DNA of 39,890 nt, from assembly GCF_001194135.2 (NCBI RefSeq), contig NC_068983.1, forward strand, positions 114,668,746-114,708,635, read 5' to 3'. This DNA comes from Octopus bimaculoides. Lineage: Eukaryota. The notes under the pieces are model-generated. The model was not told where the DNA came from and ran no database searches. It worked only from the letters and a program-made list of their open reading frames with translations. The stretch's first letter is position 1; each line of letters starts with the position of its first letter. Both the position numbers and the translations under genes were made by a program. Shown one piece after another: positions 1 through 12,573 of this stretch.

Positions 1-80
1 GGGGTCGATTTGATTCGACTAAAGGCGGTGCTCCAGCATGGCCGCAGTCAAATGACTGAAACAAGTAAAAGAATAAAAGA
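1..80 (+). mobile_element. SINE family A, 3' module end
   Basis: GGGGTCGATTTG..CGACTAAAGGCGGTGCTCCAGCATGGCCGCAGTCAAATGACTGAAACAAGTAAAAGA matches the 3' end of the full copies at 31412-31811 and 33051-33456. Confidence 0.9.
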
Positions 81-90
81 ATATATATAT

Positions 91-254
91 ACGACGGTCT
101 TCTTTCAGTTTCCGCCTACCAAATCCTCTCACAAGGCTTTGGTCGGCTCGAGGCTATAATAGAAGACACTTGCTGAAGGTGCCACGTAGTGGGACTGAAC
201 CCGGAACCATGTGGTTGGTAAGCAAGCTACTTATCACACAGCCACTCCTACGAC
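91..254 (-). mobile_element. SINE family A, head module only (tRNA-like A/B boxes plus CORE-like CCTTGGGCAAGT region)
   Basis: Reverse complement matches the first ~165 nt of the 33051 copy and ends in a (TA)n tract. Other head-only copies lie at about 1165-1329 (+), 4341-4475 (-), 8461-8526 (+, internally deleted) and 14519-14690 (-). Confidence 0.85.
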
Positions 255-669
255 TATACACACACACTCACACACACACACATATATACGTATATATATG
301 TAAACATACATACATACATATACATTTAATATGCATACAAACATATCCATTCATATGTATATACATACATAGATTTCAATGTGTGTGTGTGTATGTATAT
401 GCATGTACATACGTATATGAATGTATACTTATATATCTCGGTGTATTCTTACCGTTGAAATGAATTGAAAGAAAACGATAATATTTTTACAAAACAGCCT
501 GACTTCTGTTTTGGTCAACCTTAAGTCGTAAAAAAGTAAATTGCTTTTGCTGAAATGTTAACCACGTGGTATGTTGTGATTTGCTTGAAACGGGGTGCAG
601 AGACCTCTTTGTTCGGCATTTCTTTTTACTTGTTCAGGTCTGAACGTGTTCAATGTTTATATTTTAAAT

Positions 670-1162
670 GAATATACATATATGCATACATACATAGATA
701 CATACATGCGTACATACATACATACATACATATATACATACATACATACATACATACATACATACATACATACATACACGCACACACACACACACATACA
801 TACATGTTTGTGTATACATGTACGTACGTATTGTGTATATACATACATGCATACATACATACATACACGCACACACACACACACATACATACATGTTTGT
901 GTAAACATGTACGTACGTATTGTGTATATACATACATACATACATACATACATACATACATACACGCACACACACACACACAAACATACATACATGTTTG
1001 TGTAAACATGTACGTACGTATTGTGTATATACATACATACATACATACACGCACACACACACACACATACATACATGTTTGTGTATACATGTACGTACGT
1101 ATTGAGTATGTACATACATACATACATACATACATACACATGTGTGTGTGTGTGTGTGTGTG
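670..1162. repeat. Compound microsatellite/minisatellite: (TACA)n and (CA)n with four copies of a ~40-bp core
   Basis: The core CATGTTTGTGTA(T/A)ACATGTACGTACGTATTG(T/A)GTAT recurs about 80-100 bp apart, four times. Confidence 0.9.
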
Positions 1163-1328
1163 TACAGGCACAGGCATGGCTGTGTGGTATGACGTTTACT
1201 TCCCAGCCATATGGCTCCATGTTCGGTCCCACTGCGTAACACCTTGGGCAAGTGTCTTCTACAATATCCTCGGGGACAACCAATGCCTCGCGAGAAGGTT
1301 TGTTGGACGGAAACTGAAAAAAGCCCGT

Positions 1329-1361
<33 letters not shown>

Positions 1362-1592
1362 NNNNNNNNNNNNNNNNNNNNNNNNNNNNNNNNNNNNNNN
1401 NNNNNNNNNNNNNNNNACACACACACACACACACACACAAACACGAAAAACCAATCTCTCCCCACTTTCTTCCACTCTCTCTCCGACACATCTTTTCTGT
1501 CTTCCGCCAATCACCCATTCTTTTCTATCCCTTAATCTCTCCAACAGAAGCAATCGCATTACCACACGCAAATACAACAATAATAATAGTTA

Positions 1593-2172
1593 TGGTTTCA
1601 AATTTTGGCACAACGCCAGCAAGTTCGGCGAGAGGGAAGGCAAATTGATTACATCATCCCCAGTGCTCCACTGGTATCTATTTTATGGACACCGAAGACA
1701 TGAAAGGCAAAGTTGATCTCGGCGAAATTTGAACTTAGTAAAGACAAACGAAATGCCGCTAAGTATTTCGTCCGGCGGTGCTAACGATTCTGTCTGCTCA
1801 ACGCCTTGTAATATTGATTTCGGCGGAGAGGGCTAGTCAATTAAATCGACTCCAACCGGAACTTATTTTATCGACCCCGGAAGGATGAAAGACAACGGTG
1901 ACCTCGGTGGAATTTGAACGCCTAACGTAAAGCCAGACGATTCTGCCAGCTCGCTGCCTTATAAAATCGATTTCAAAGTTTGGCACAAGGCTAGCAATTT
2001 CGGGTGTGAGAGGGCTTGTCGATGTAATCGACCCCAGTGCACTTATCTGTACCACGGAAGGATGAAAGGCAAAGTTGATCTTGACCGGGATTTGAACGCC
2101 GAACGTAAAACGGACGAAATGCCGCTAAACATTTTGTCCAGCATGCTAATTATTCTGCCAGCTCAACGCTTT
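1593..2172 (-). mobile_element. Three tandem degraded SINE family B copies
   Basis: Repeated ATCGACCCC..GGATGAAAGGCAAAGT.GA.CTCGGCG.AATTTGAAC..GAAATGCCGCTAAG motifs, the reverse complement of the copies at 38644-39306. Confidence 0.85.
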
Positions 2173-2435
2173 CTTTAACCGTCATGAATTGTTAAAAACA
2201 ACGAGGACAATTATAACAACCACAGCAACAATAAAACTACAATAAAGACAACAACGACAAAACGCACACAGGACAACAATAACACCACCCCCAAAAAAAA
2301 GCACTAATCGTTAATTCATTATAATCGGATTAGATTTATATAGTATTCAATTAGATAAGGTCAGCCATCCAAATATATTTCAATTGAAATATAAAATGGA
2401 ATACAAATACTGTATGTACCTCTACAGATGCCAGG

Positions 2436-2544
<109 letters not shown>

Positions 2545-3043
2545 TGCATGCATTCTTACCATAATATACATAATTACAGAAAGATGCTTATATACATGTA
2601 TCTGTGCATGTGTGTGTGTGCGCGTGTGCATGCGTATGTGTTTTCGCTATTATGATGCAGTATTAGTTCAAAACAGCATTCTGTATATCTTACTTAATGC
2701 GGATATACGGTAAAAACCATAAAACTGCAGCATTGGTTTCGAGAAAGCACCTCGTCTAGACGCAGAGTGCTATAAAGCACAATGTTATTTTACACTATTA
2801 CTGCTTCCGTCTCTAAGAACAAGCTTTTAAGACGCCTGCCGGCTATTTGCGATTCAAGTAATTTGTTAATCGCCGTTTTTCTATTTCAGCAGCGACTAAA
2901 ATTATCTGAACGTTCGGGTCCTGGTACATACTTAGTATTGATGGTGCTAAAAGAAGCAGAAATCTAGGTTTAACAATACCACCGCCGCTGCTACTGAACA
3001 CTTTCCTACTACTGGATATAATGCTGTGCTTTTTAACACTATA

Positions 3044-3566
3044 CGTAGTCTGATTAATAAGTATCCAGACTGTTGCCATAGTAACAAAGCTAAAGCCGCT
3101 TGACACAGATTGAGCTTGAACTCTATTGTGTATGCGCACTAAGTTTTAACGTTCTGGCTCACTTTCGCTGTTTACAGCAGTGCATGGAAGGAAGGTGTGA
3201 AGCGTGTGATCGTCGCATTGACCATGACAGAGAATGTTGAGCAGAGAATTTGCATCAAATTTTGTCAAAAGCTTGGCGATACCTGCTCAGAGGCCTACGC
3301 AAAGTTTTCATCATTCTCGACACAATCAAGATCTTGTGCAATTGAAACCCGAGTGCTTTTTTGGTCAACTGAAAGTAGTTTTGGCAAAAACTTGGCAGAC
3401 ACGCGTCTCATTCCCAAAGTGAACTGAACTATAACTAATCTGCACATCTGATAACTCACAGATGGTGATTCGACGATTTCCCCTCACAGCTGCATGCACA
3501 TCTGCGGTGTTTTTCTCAATTTTGCTGGTTGCGGGTCTCCCAGAACGTTCGCTAATATCGACATAT
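3044..3566 (-). mobile_element. Non-autonomous mariner fold-back derivative, truncated by a family D insertion
   Basis: TA followed by terminal sequence CGTAGTCTGATTAATAAGTATCCAGAC. The arm encodes MTENVEQRICIKFCQKLGDT (mariner N-terminal HTH). From ~3305 the sequence is reverse-strand transposase interior homologous to 17860-18150. Confidence 0.85.
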
Positions 3567-3965
3567 ATGGGTACAGGACGTCATCAACTGTGTAAACAAC
3601 ATGAAGTACGAAAACAAACGAGTTAAATAAACAAACAGCGAGAGAGAAAAAATAGAAAACAGGACAAGTAAAATGGAGAACAAACCTTCATCGGTTGTCG
3701 GTTGACTATCTACTCCTCATTTCGAGCATTCAACGACAATATGACACTTCGAAGACAGTTGCTCCCATAAATACCAAAATAAAATTTTAGATTTATGGAG
3801 GGTCAAAGTTGGGAACAAAAACAGAACAGCTGAGACATACAAGGAAACTGAGCAAAAACAAGCAAGGAAGGTCATTAGACCAGAATGAGTGGAAAATTGT
3901 GAACGGTGGGAGAAATATTCTCTTTGAAAAGAGAAAAGATAGAAGAGAGAGAGATAGATAGAAGA
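3567..3965 (-). repeat. Family D repeat (3' part) carrying the permuted hammerhead-like motif
   Basis: Reverse complement aligns with 15050-15446 and 15950-16305 and shares the GACGTCCTGTACCCAT terminus. Confidence 0.8.
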
Positions 3966-4200
3966 GGTCCAGTCCTTAGAACGCCGTGCAGGANNNNNNN
4001 NNNNNNNNNNNNNNNNNNNNNNNNNNNNNNNNNNNNNNNNNNNNNNNNNNNNNNNNNNNNNNNNNNNNNNNNNNNNNNNNNNNNNNNNNNNNNNNNNNNN
4101 NNNNNNNNNNNNNNNNNNNNNNNNNNNNNNNNNNNNNNNNNNNNNNNNNNNNNNNNNNNNNNNNNNNNNNNNNNNNNNNNNNNNNNNNNNNNNNNNNNNN

Positions 4201-4307
4201 NACGGGGTCGATCTGTTCGACTAGTAGCCTTCCAGGCGGTGCTCCAGCATGTCGGCAGTCAAACGACTGAAACAAGTGAAAGAATAAAGGAATAAACGAA
4301 CACACAT

Positions 4308-4342
<35 letters not shown>

Positions 4343-4475
4343 CGACGGACTTCTACAGTTTCTGTAAATTCTGGGCTATTGTGGAAAACCTTTCCCAAAG
4401 GGTCACGCAGTGGGATTGAACTCAGAACCATGTGGTTGTGAAGCAAACCTCTTACCACACAGCTTCCAACCGTGC
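4201..4475. mobile_element. SINE A 3' end (+) followed by (GATA)n and a SINE A head (-)
   Basis: Homology to the full family A copies. Confidence 0.75.
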
Positions 4476-4758
4476 CTGTATACGCTATTCAAGGATACTT
4501 TAAGGCAATCCTCCAGCTTGAACGCAGTGCACACGCACATATACAAACATATTATTAAACATACAAACTAGCTGCACCTTCGCACTACTTCCGGGAGTGT
4601 CGACTCCAATGGTTAACAAGCATTGAAAACAATGATAGCGTTTAAATATAAACAAATAAAGGCCATATGAAAAGAAAACAAACCTGTCAACACGTGCAAA
4701 GAAAACTGAGATACGATACTAATTATATAATATATACAACATGCAATATGTATGTTTG

Positions 4759-4792
<34 letters not shown>

Positions 4793-5668
4793 NNNNNNNN
4801 NNNNNNNNNNNNNNNNNNNNNNNNNNNNNNNNNNNNNNNNNNNNNNNNNNNNNNNNNNNNNNNNNNNNNNNNNNNNNNNNNNNNNNNNNNNNNNNNNNNN
4901 NNNNNNNNNNNNNNNNNNNNNNNNNNNNNNNNNNNNNNNNNNNNNNNNNNNNNNNNNNNNNNNNNNNNNNNNNNNNNNNNNNNNNNNNNNNNNNNNNNNN
5001 NNNNNNNNNNNNNNNNNNNNNNNNNNNNNNNNNNNNNNNNNNNNNNNNNNNNNNNNNNNNNNNNNNNNNNNNNNNNNNNNNNNNNNNNNNNNNNNNNNNN
5101 NNNNNNNNNNNNNNNNNNNNNNNNNNNNNNNNNNNNNNNNNNNNNNNNNNNNNNNNNNNNNNNNNNNNNNNNNNNNNNNNNNNNNNNNNNNNNNNNNNNN
5201 NNNNNNNNNNNNNNNNNNNNNNNNNNNNNNNNNNNNNNNNNNNNNNNNNNNNNNNNNNNNNNNNNNNNNNNNNNNNNNNNNNNNNNNNNNNNNNNNNNNN
5301 NNNNNNNNNNNNNNNNNNNNNNNNNNNNNNNNNNNNNNNNNNNNNNNNNNNNNNNNNNNNNNNNNNNNNNNNNNNNNNNNNNNNNNNNNNNNNNNNNNNN
5401 NNNNNNNNNNNNNNNNNNNNNNNNNNNNNNNNNNNNNNNNNNNNNNNNNNNNNNNNNNNNNNNNNNNNNNNNNNNNNNNNNNNNNNNNNNNNNNNNNNNN
5501 NNNNNNNNNNNNNNNNNNNNNNNNNNNNNNNNNNNNNNNNNNNNNNNNNNNNNNNNNNNNNNNNNNNNNNNNNNNNNNNNNNNNNNNNNNNNNNNNNNNN
5601 NNNNNNNNNNNNNNNNNNNNNNNNNNNNNNNNNNNNNNNNNNNNNNNNNNNNNNNNNNNNNNNNNNNT

Positions 5669-5920
5669 TAACGTAGTTCTCAGGGATATTCAGCGTGACA
5701 CAGTGTGACAAGGCTGACCCTTTGAATTACACGCACAACAGAAACAAGAAGTAAGAGAAGGTTGTGGTGGAAGAGTGCAGCAAGGTTCGCCACCATCCCC
5801 TGCTGGAGCCTCGTGGAGCTTTAGGTGTTTTCGCTCAATAAATACTCACAGCGCCCGGTCTGGGAATCAAAACCGCTATCCTATGACAACGAGTCCACTG
5901 CCCTAACCACTGGGCCATTG
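5669..5920 (-). mobile_element. SINE family C, partial (cut by gap)
   Basis: High identity to 20374-20755. tRNA-like head on the minus strand (TGGCCCAGTGG A box, GTTTYGATTCC B box). Confidence 0.9.
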
Positions 5921-5939
5921 ATATATGTGTATACAATAT

Positions 5940-6300
5940 GTTGGCTGTGTTAAGAGGTTTGCTTTTCACCCACGTGATTTCACGTTTAGTTCCAATGGGT
6001 GACACATTGGGCAAGTCTTCTAATGTTTTGTGAGTGGAATTGGTAGACGGAAATTGCGCGGAAGTCTGTCACATGTATATGTGTGTATGTTTGTGTATGG
6101 ATGTGTGTGTGTTTTCGTGTTTGTGTTTGCCCCACACCACCACCGCTTAACAGCTGGTGTTAGTTTCTTTACGTCCCCATAACTTCGTGGTTCACCAAAA
6201 TGAGTCAATAGAATAAATACCAGACTCAAAAATAAGTACTGAGGATCGAGTTTACTCCTGAAGACATGACCGACGCAAAGCTGAAGTCCAATTACTGAAA
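5940..6300 (+). mobile_element. Old, diverged full-length SINE A
   Basis: Degenerate head (TTGGGCAAGT, TTGTGAGTGGAATTGGTAGACGGAAA), internal TG tract and 3' module (TTTACGTCCCC, ATAGAATAA). Confidence 0.65.
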
Positions 6301-6335
6301 TATGTACGCTATACATTCACACACACACACACATT

Positions 6336-6370
<35 letters not shown>

Positions 6371-6372
<2 letters not shown>

Positions 6373-6726
6373 TGGCACTCTGTCGCTTACGACGTCGAGG
6401 ATTCCAGTTGATCCGATCAACAGAACAACCTGCTCGTGAAATTAACGTGCAAGTGGCTGAACACTCCACAGACACGTCTACCCTTAACGTAGTTCTTGGG
6501 GATATTCAGCGTGACACAGTGTGACAAGGCTGACTCTTCGAATTACAGGCACAACAGAAACAGGAAGTAAGAGCGAGATAAAGTTGTGGTGAAAGAGTAC
6601 AGCAGGTTTCGCCACCATCCCCTGCCGGAACCTCGTGAAGCTTTAGGTGTTTTCGCTCAATAAACACTCACAACGCCCGGTCTGGGAATCGAAACCGCGA
6701 TCCTATGACCGCGAGTCCGCTGCCCT
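6371..6726 (-). mobile_element. SINE family C
   Basis: Near-identical to 29517-29897 and lacks the extreme 5' end. Confidence 0.9.
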
Positions 6727-6744
6727 ACACACATACATACATTA

Positions 6745-6935
6745 CATACAGTTGTATATTTAAGAGATGAGGAATCATGTACATTATTTACTTTATTGAC
6801 ATTTGACGGATCTTGTTTGTTGTTAACACATTTCGGCTGGTACACCTTCCAGCCTTCATTAGGTGTCTTGGAGAAATTTCGAACCTGGGTTCTCATTCCT
6901 AAGATATTTTTCGATGTTGTTGTTGTTGTTGTCAA
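6745..6935 (-). mobile_element. Penelope-type terminal repeat fragment with a degenerate type I hammerhead (6826-6867)
   Basis: Minus strand reads ACAC-CUAAUGA-A-GGCUGG-AAGGUGUA-CCAGCC-GAAA-U-GUGU: 6-bp helix II, ACAC/GUGU helix I, core G5>A, helix III missing. Confidence 0.6.
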
Positions 6936-6984
6936 ATGACTGAAAGAAATAAGAGAACAAAAGAAGTCGAAAGAAATACTGCTA

Positions 6985-7440
6985 AGTATTTTTTTGTTCA
7001 ACGCTCTAACGATTCTGCCAACTCGCCACCTTAATTATGGTTTCATATTTTTGGCACGAAGCCAGCAATTTCGGGAGAGGGGTAAGTCGATTACATCGAC
7101 TCCAGTGTCCAACTGGTGTTTATTTTACAGACCCCGAAAGGCATGCAAAGTCAACCTCAACGGAATTTGAACTCAAAACGTAAAGACGGACGAAACGATG
7201 CTAAGCATTTTGCCCAACGCGCGAGCGATTCTACAAACAAACCGCCTTAATAACAATGATAATTCTCTCTACTGAAATTCTGAGGGGAGGGTGCTAGTCA
7301 ATTACATCGACCTAAGTGAACAACTGGTACTTATTTCATCGACCCTGAAAGTAATTTTAACATAGAACGTAAAGACGGATAAAAATGCTGCTAAGCATTT
7401 TGTCCGGCATGTTAACGACCCTACCAGCTTACCACCTTAA
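6985..7440 (-). mobile_element. Tandem degraded SINE B copies
   Basis: Repeated ACATCGAC..ACTGGT, GAATTTGAACTC, GCTAAGCATTTTG motifs. Confidence 0.8.
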
Positions 7441-7481
7441 GAACAATATTAATGAGATGATAAAGAAATAGAAGCAATATT

Positions 7482-7515
<34 letters not shown>

Positions 7516-9433
7516 GGTTTAAGATGTGGGAGGTGCCGGCAGTGATGATGTTGCTGGTAGCAACTTGGTTGCCAAAAATGCTACCTAACTCCATCACCTA
7601 CCTCCATTTCACGCCACCATCACCATCACCACATTTCACCACAACAAACAGTGTGGAAGACAAAGAAAGTGTTCTTCCATGCGATGCCGTCTATCCATTC
7701 TGGCCCCAGTACACACACACACATACACACACACACATACACCACTCTCCCCTACCATCACTCCATCTACTTCCTTTGAATGACGGTAAACCTTTATTCG
7801 GTTCTTTTGAATCTTACTTTGCTCTCGCTCTTTTTGTGTCTTTCTCTCTCTTTCATTTTCTCTCTTACTCTCTCTCTTTCTCTCTCTCTGTCTCTCTCTC
7901 TCTTTCTATCTATCTGTCTATCTACCCATTTCGCTCGTATTTTAAACCTTTTGTCTGTCTAATTATACACTTGTCAAGGATTTATAAGCTTTATCGGTCA
8001 TTTAAAATTATTGATTAACTGACAAACTTACAATATAATCCGGTTTCAGATTTAAACATCTCTTTTGTACACACACACACACACACACACAACCATCAAC
8101 CTTCCACCATATTTTTGTTATTTCTTCTTAATTTCATGTAATATTTTTTTAATTATTTATTTGCAGCTAAACATACGAAATGTCTTATAAACATTTTTTG
8201 CAGTTGACGTTTGATTCTATTGTTGTTATTGCTGTTGTTGTTGTTGTTGTTGTCGTTGTTATTGTTGCTATTCATGTTGTTGTTATTTAGTCCCAACTCA
8301 GCCCTGGTCCAACAGGGTTCTGATTATAGAGTGTTGTATTCGTGGACTACCCATCTCTACGACCGTGCCCCTCCATCACTGGGTTCCTCCCATGCTACGC
8401 TTACTTCCCAGTTCAAAGTCTCCACGCCACTTTTTCATTTAAGACGATTATGTACAGCTATAGGCGCAGGAGTGGCTGTGTGGTAAGTAGGGATTTGGTA
8501 GACGGAAACTGAAAGAAGCCCGTCGTATATATATATGTATATGTATATATATATATGTTAATTCTCTAAATGAAGTATTAACAGTAACTGCACGATAAAG
8601 TGTAGTATATTGCCACTTAAGTGTGGCTGACCCCTAGGGGTGGATGTTACTGTTGCTTTTAGCCCCAGGAGGACATNNNNNNNNNNNNNNNNNNNNNNNN
8701 NNNNNNNNNNNNNNNNNNNNNNNNNNNNNNNNNNNNNNNNNNNNNNNNNNNNNNNNNNNNNNNNNNNNNNNNNNNNNNNNNNNNNNNNNNNNNNNNNNNN
8801 NNNNNNNNNNNNNNNNNNNNNNNNNNNNNNNNNNNNNNNNNNNNNNNNNNNNNNNNNNNNNNNNNNNNNNNNNNNNNNNNNNNNNNNNNNNNNNNNNNNN
8901 NNNNNNNNNNNNNNNNNNNNNNNNNNNNNNNNNNNNNNNNNNNNNNNNNNNNNNNNNNNNNNNNNNNNNNNNNNNNNNNNNNNNNNNNNNNNNNNNNNNN
9001 NNNNNNNNNNNNNNNNNNNNNNNNNNNNNNNNNNNNNNNNNNNNNNNNNNNNNNNNNNNNNNNNNNNNNNNNNNNNNNNNNNNNNNNNNNNNNNNNNNNN
9101 NNNNNNNNNNNNNNNNNNNNNNNNNNNNNNNNNNNNNNNNNNNNNNNNNNNNNNNNNNNNNNNNNNNNNNNNNNNNNNNNNNNNNNNNNNNNNNNNNNNN
9201 NNNNNNNNNNNNNNNNNNNNNNNNNNNNNNNNNNNNNNNNNNNNNNNNNNNNNNNNNNNNNNNNNNNNNNNNNNNNNNNNNNNNNNNNNNNNNNNNNNNN
9301 NNNNNNNNNNNNNNNNNNNNNNNNNNNNNNNNNNNNNNNNNNNNNNNNNNNNNNNNNNNNNNNNNNNNNNNNNNNNNNNNNNNNNNNNNNNNNNNNNNNN
9401 NNNNNNNNNNNNNNNNNNNNNNNNNNNNNNNNN

Positions 9434-9728
9434 TACATAGAATAAGTTCCGGGGTAGATTTGCTCGACTAAAGGCGGTGCTGCAGCATGGCCGCAGTCAA
9501 ATGACTGAAACAAGTAAAAGAGTAAAACAGTAAAACAGTTATTCTTTTATTCTTTTAGTTGTTTCAGTCATTTGACTGCGACCATGCTGGAGCACCGCTT
9601 TTAATCGAATAAATCGACCCCAGGACTTAATCTTTGTAAGCCTAATACTTGTTCTTTAGATGTCTTCTGCCGAATCGCTAAGTTACGGGGGCGTAAACTC
9701 ACGAGTATCGGTTGTCAAGCGATGGAGG
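9434..9728. mobile_element. Tail-to-tail inverted pair of SINE A 3' modules
   Basis: 9434-9537 (+) is immediately followed by 9541-9728 (-) of the same module. Confidence 0.85.
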
Positions 9729-11151
9729 GAGAATTACACAATTTTTTTCTCCACAACATCATACCTTCATAGCAATAAGACTAGAAAGCTATTTTATCAT
9801 TGCCGATTTTCAGATTTCTTTTTTACTCTCTTTTAAAAAATGCATATTTTGCGAATGAAAATAACTAGATCCGAGGCGATCAATGAGATTTAATTTCCGA
9901 CCGATCTTAAATGCTTTAGTTCTAAACACTTTGGTAATTATCCCAAACGAATCCATAGCTACACATAGTTCATAGCGCAAATTATAGAATTGTGGATTAA
10001 AACAGGCTTATCCACGAATTAACTTCATGTCCTATCATTGTAAATCTAATCACTTACATAGATCGTTTCAACCTAACATTACCACCGAACAACGTGACCC
10101 TTATATTGTTGTTCCATCTGATAAAAACAACAGTGAAATCATCCTCAAATTACATTTTAACCCTTTTGCCGTCCAAAGTATTTTCATAAGTTTTTCCTAA
10201 ACGCCCAAGCTTGTTTTCATGCTTGATTAGCCCTTGTTTTCTATGTTCTGAGTAATATAAAGCTTTTCTTTTATAAGTCTTAAGTTACTCAGATGGTTGA
10301 AGACAATTGAGAATGTGTATCATATGTGGTGCATGGACGCCAGGGAAATTTGTCCTGTGTATCATATGATACATGGGGCAAGCAAATGGTTAGCTTACTG
10401 AACAAAGATAGATATAGAAGACAATGTAGTTTGTGATATGTAAAAGGCAGAGTGGTTATAAATAAAGCACCTTTGATTAGAACAAGTCTGTTGGTTGGAT
10501 CAACCTAAATTTCTGGAGCCACAGTTAGATCGTTGATCTTTCGCTGATGTACAATCGAAACTAACTGCTATATACCCAAATACTTTATGTATCAGAAGGC
10601 TGAACACGGGGGTTGCTCCTAAATGTTTCGATAACAACAGCGTCTATATCGTAGATCAGGTCAAGTGGAGTCAAACAGATGTTTCTATTGCAGCAACAAC
10701 GATAAAAGTCAGTTTTCATGTTGATAAAGAAATATGTGCGCATTTTCTTCATTTGCCTTGTTATAATCTATAAGGAAACGATGAATTGATAGAGTAGTTA
10801 CAGCATCGCACAGAATGGTTTGTGTTAATTGGTCCGGCTCTCCGTGCTTTGAATTCGAATCTCGTTAACTTTACCCGTCGTCCTTCTTGGGTCGATGAAT
10901 AAAGCGCCTGTCTAGGGCAGTGAATTAGCGAATTTGTTAAAACATCGGGCTTTGTTTTGTAGTGGCTTTTCTGATTCTTTACGATCTGAATTCGTCCGCG
11001 ATGACGCTTGTCTCAAAACGTATTCGGATTTTGCCTTTCTCTTGGATAATAACGGAAGTTTAGAGAGAGGAGCTTCACATACTGTTAGTCTTCCAGGAAA
11101 AGAAGGCCTTACTCACATCTATGTTTTGAAGAGAAACTTTTCTATTTGTAG

Positions 11152-11274
11152 ATCCATGAGTCTCACGAGATTCATGGATCAACACCTGAAGATGTTCCTG
11201 AGGTTCATTCACTACTCAGCTTTACTGAAAACAGAAGACCGCTTCGATCTCGCCAGGTCATAGATACTGACTAA
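11152..11274 (+). CDS. Possible terminal coding exon, product unknown (IHESHEIHGSTPEDVPEVHSLLSFTENRRPLRSRQVIDTD*)
   Basis: Acceptor TTTTCTATTTGTAG, 40 open codons, TAA, then non-repetitive UTR-like sequence with AATAAA motifs. No recognised homology. Confidence 0.2.
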   Translation: MHESHEIHGSTPEDVPEVHSLLSFTENRRPLRSRQVIDTD

Positions 11275-11849
11275 TTAAAAACAAAATGTCGGTGCTCTGT
11301 TTATCTCAATATCCAAATTTAATCTATTATTACAGTGCCAAAATTATATAGACCTAATATGATATGGCAAGTAAAATAAACTACTGCGTTGATACTGAAA
11401 GAAGAATAAAGATTGAATTATGTTGATACAGTTCTGTTTATTGTAATGCTGTACCAAAAACAGTCTGTAAAATTTTTAATCTGTTACAGTGGAAGCCGCT
11501 TACTATAATCAGGGATAATGTTATCAAAATTGTCAAGTTAAATGCTACATAACTACAGCAATCACTCAAATCGCCTTTAAATCGCATCCCACCACCTTAA
11601 ATAAAAATTCATTAGTTAATGACATACTAAAAGCTGAGATGGTTTGTTTGATTACAGTTCACCTTAAAAACCGTCATATAAAAATAAACTGGATAGTGGG
11701 ATAAGAAACGATAAAGAAGACAATCCTATATAATAAATCACTTCATGTTGGACTACACAAGATGGTCATCCTCGAGGCTGAAGTATGTTTTTTTTTTTTT
11801 TTTCTGGTGCTATGGATCAGTAGCTCAGAGCTAGATGTTAGGATAAAAA

Positions 11850-12319
11850 GGCTTTGCTGCATTTCTTCCGGATCTTTGCTTTCTGAACTCAAACACTGCC
11901 GAAGTTAACTTTGCCTTTGATCCATCCGGGTTCTCTAAAATAAAGTTGCAATCAAATACTGAAGTCGATGTAATCGACTAACTCCNNNNNNNNNNNNNNN
12001 NNNNNNNNNNNNNNNNNNNNNNNNNNNNNNNNNNNNNNNNNNNNNNNNNNNNNNNNNNNNNNNNNNNNNNNNNNNNNNNNNNNNNNNNNNNNNNNNNNNN
12101 NNNNNNNNNNNNNNNNNNNNNNNNNNNNNNNNNNNNNNNNNNNNNNNNNNNNNNNNNNTTACATTGACCTCCAGTAGTCAGCTGGTACTTATTTTGTCGA
12201 CTCCAAAAGGATGAAAGGCAAAGTGGACCTCGGCGGAATTTGAACTCAGAAGGTAGCTCCAGACGAAATACCGCTAAGCATTTCGCCTGGCGTGCTAACG
12301 ATTCAGCCAGCATGCTTTC

Positions 12320-12355
<36 letters not shown>

Positions 12356-12573
12356 TAATCCTTTCTACTGGAAGCACAAGGCCTCAAATTTGGGGGAAGG
12401 GATTAAGTTGATTACATCGACTCCAGTGCGTAACTGGTACTTATTCAATCGACCCTGAAAGGTTGAAAAGCAAAGTCGACCTCGGTAGAATTTGAACTCA
12501 GAAGGTATAGACGGGCGAAATACCGCTAAGCATTTCGCCCTGTGTGCTCATGATTCAGCCAGCACGGCGCCTT
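11850..12573. mobile_element. SINE B cluster: one + copy (11850-11985) and two - copies (12159-12315, 12355-12573)
   Basis: Homology to 39092-39306. Confidence 0.8.

Noticed and set aside
670-1162. Repeat-spacer appearance suggesting a CRISPR array
   Set aside because: The spacers are simple repeats, the context is eukaryotic, and there are no cas genes.
4575-4600. ETS-like CCGGAAGT motif suggesting a promoter
   Set aside because: A single 8-mer with no other promoter evidence.
10934-11263. 109-aa ORF MLKHRALF...
   Set aside because: It starts at TTG inside a degraded SINE B and has no recognisable domain.
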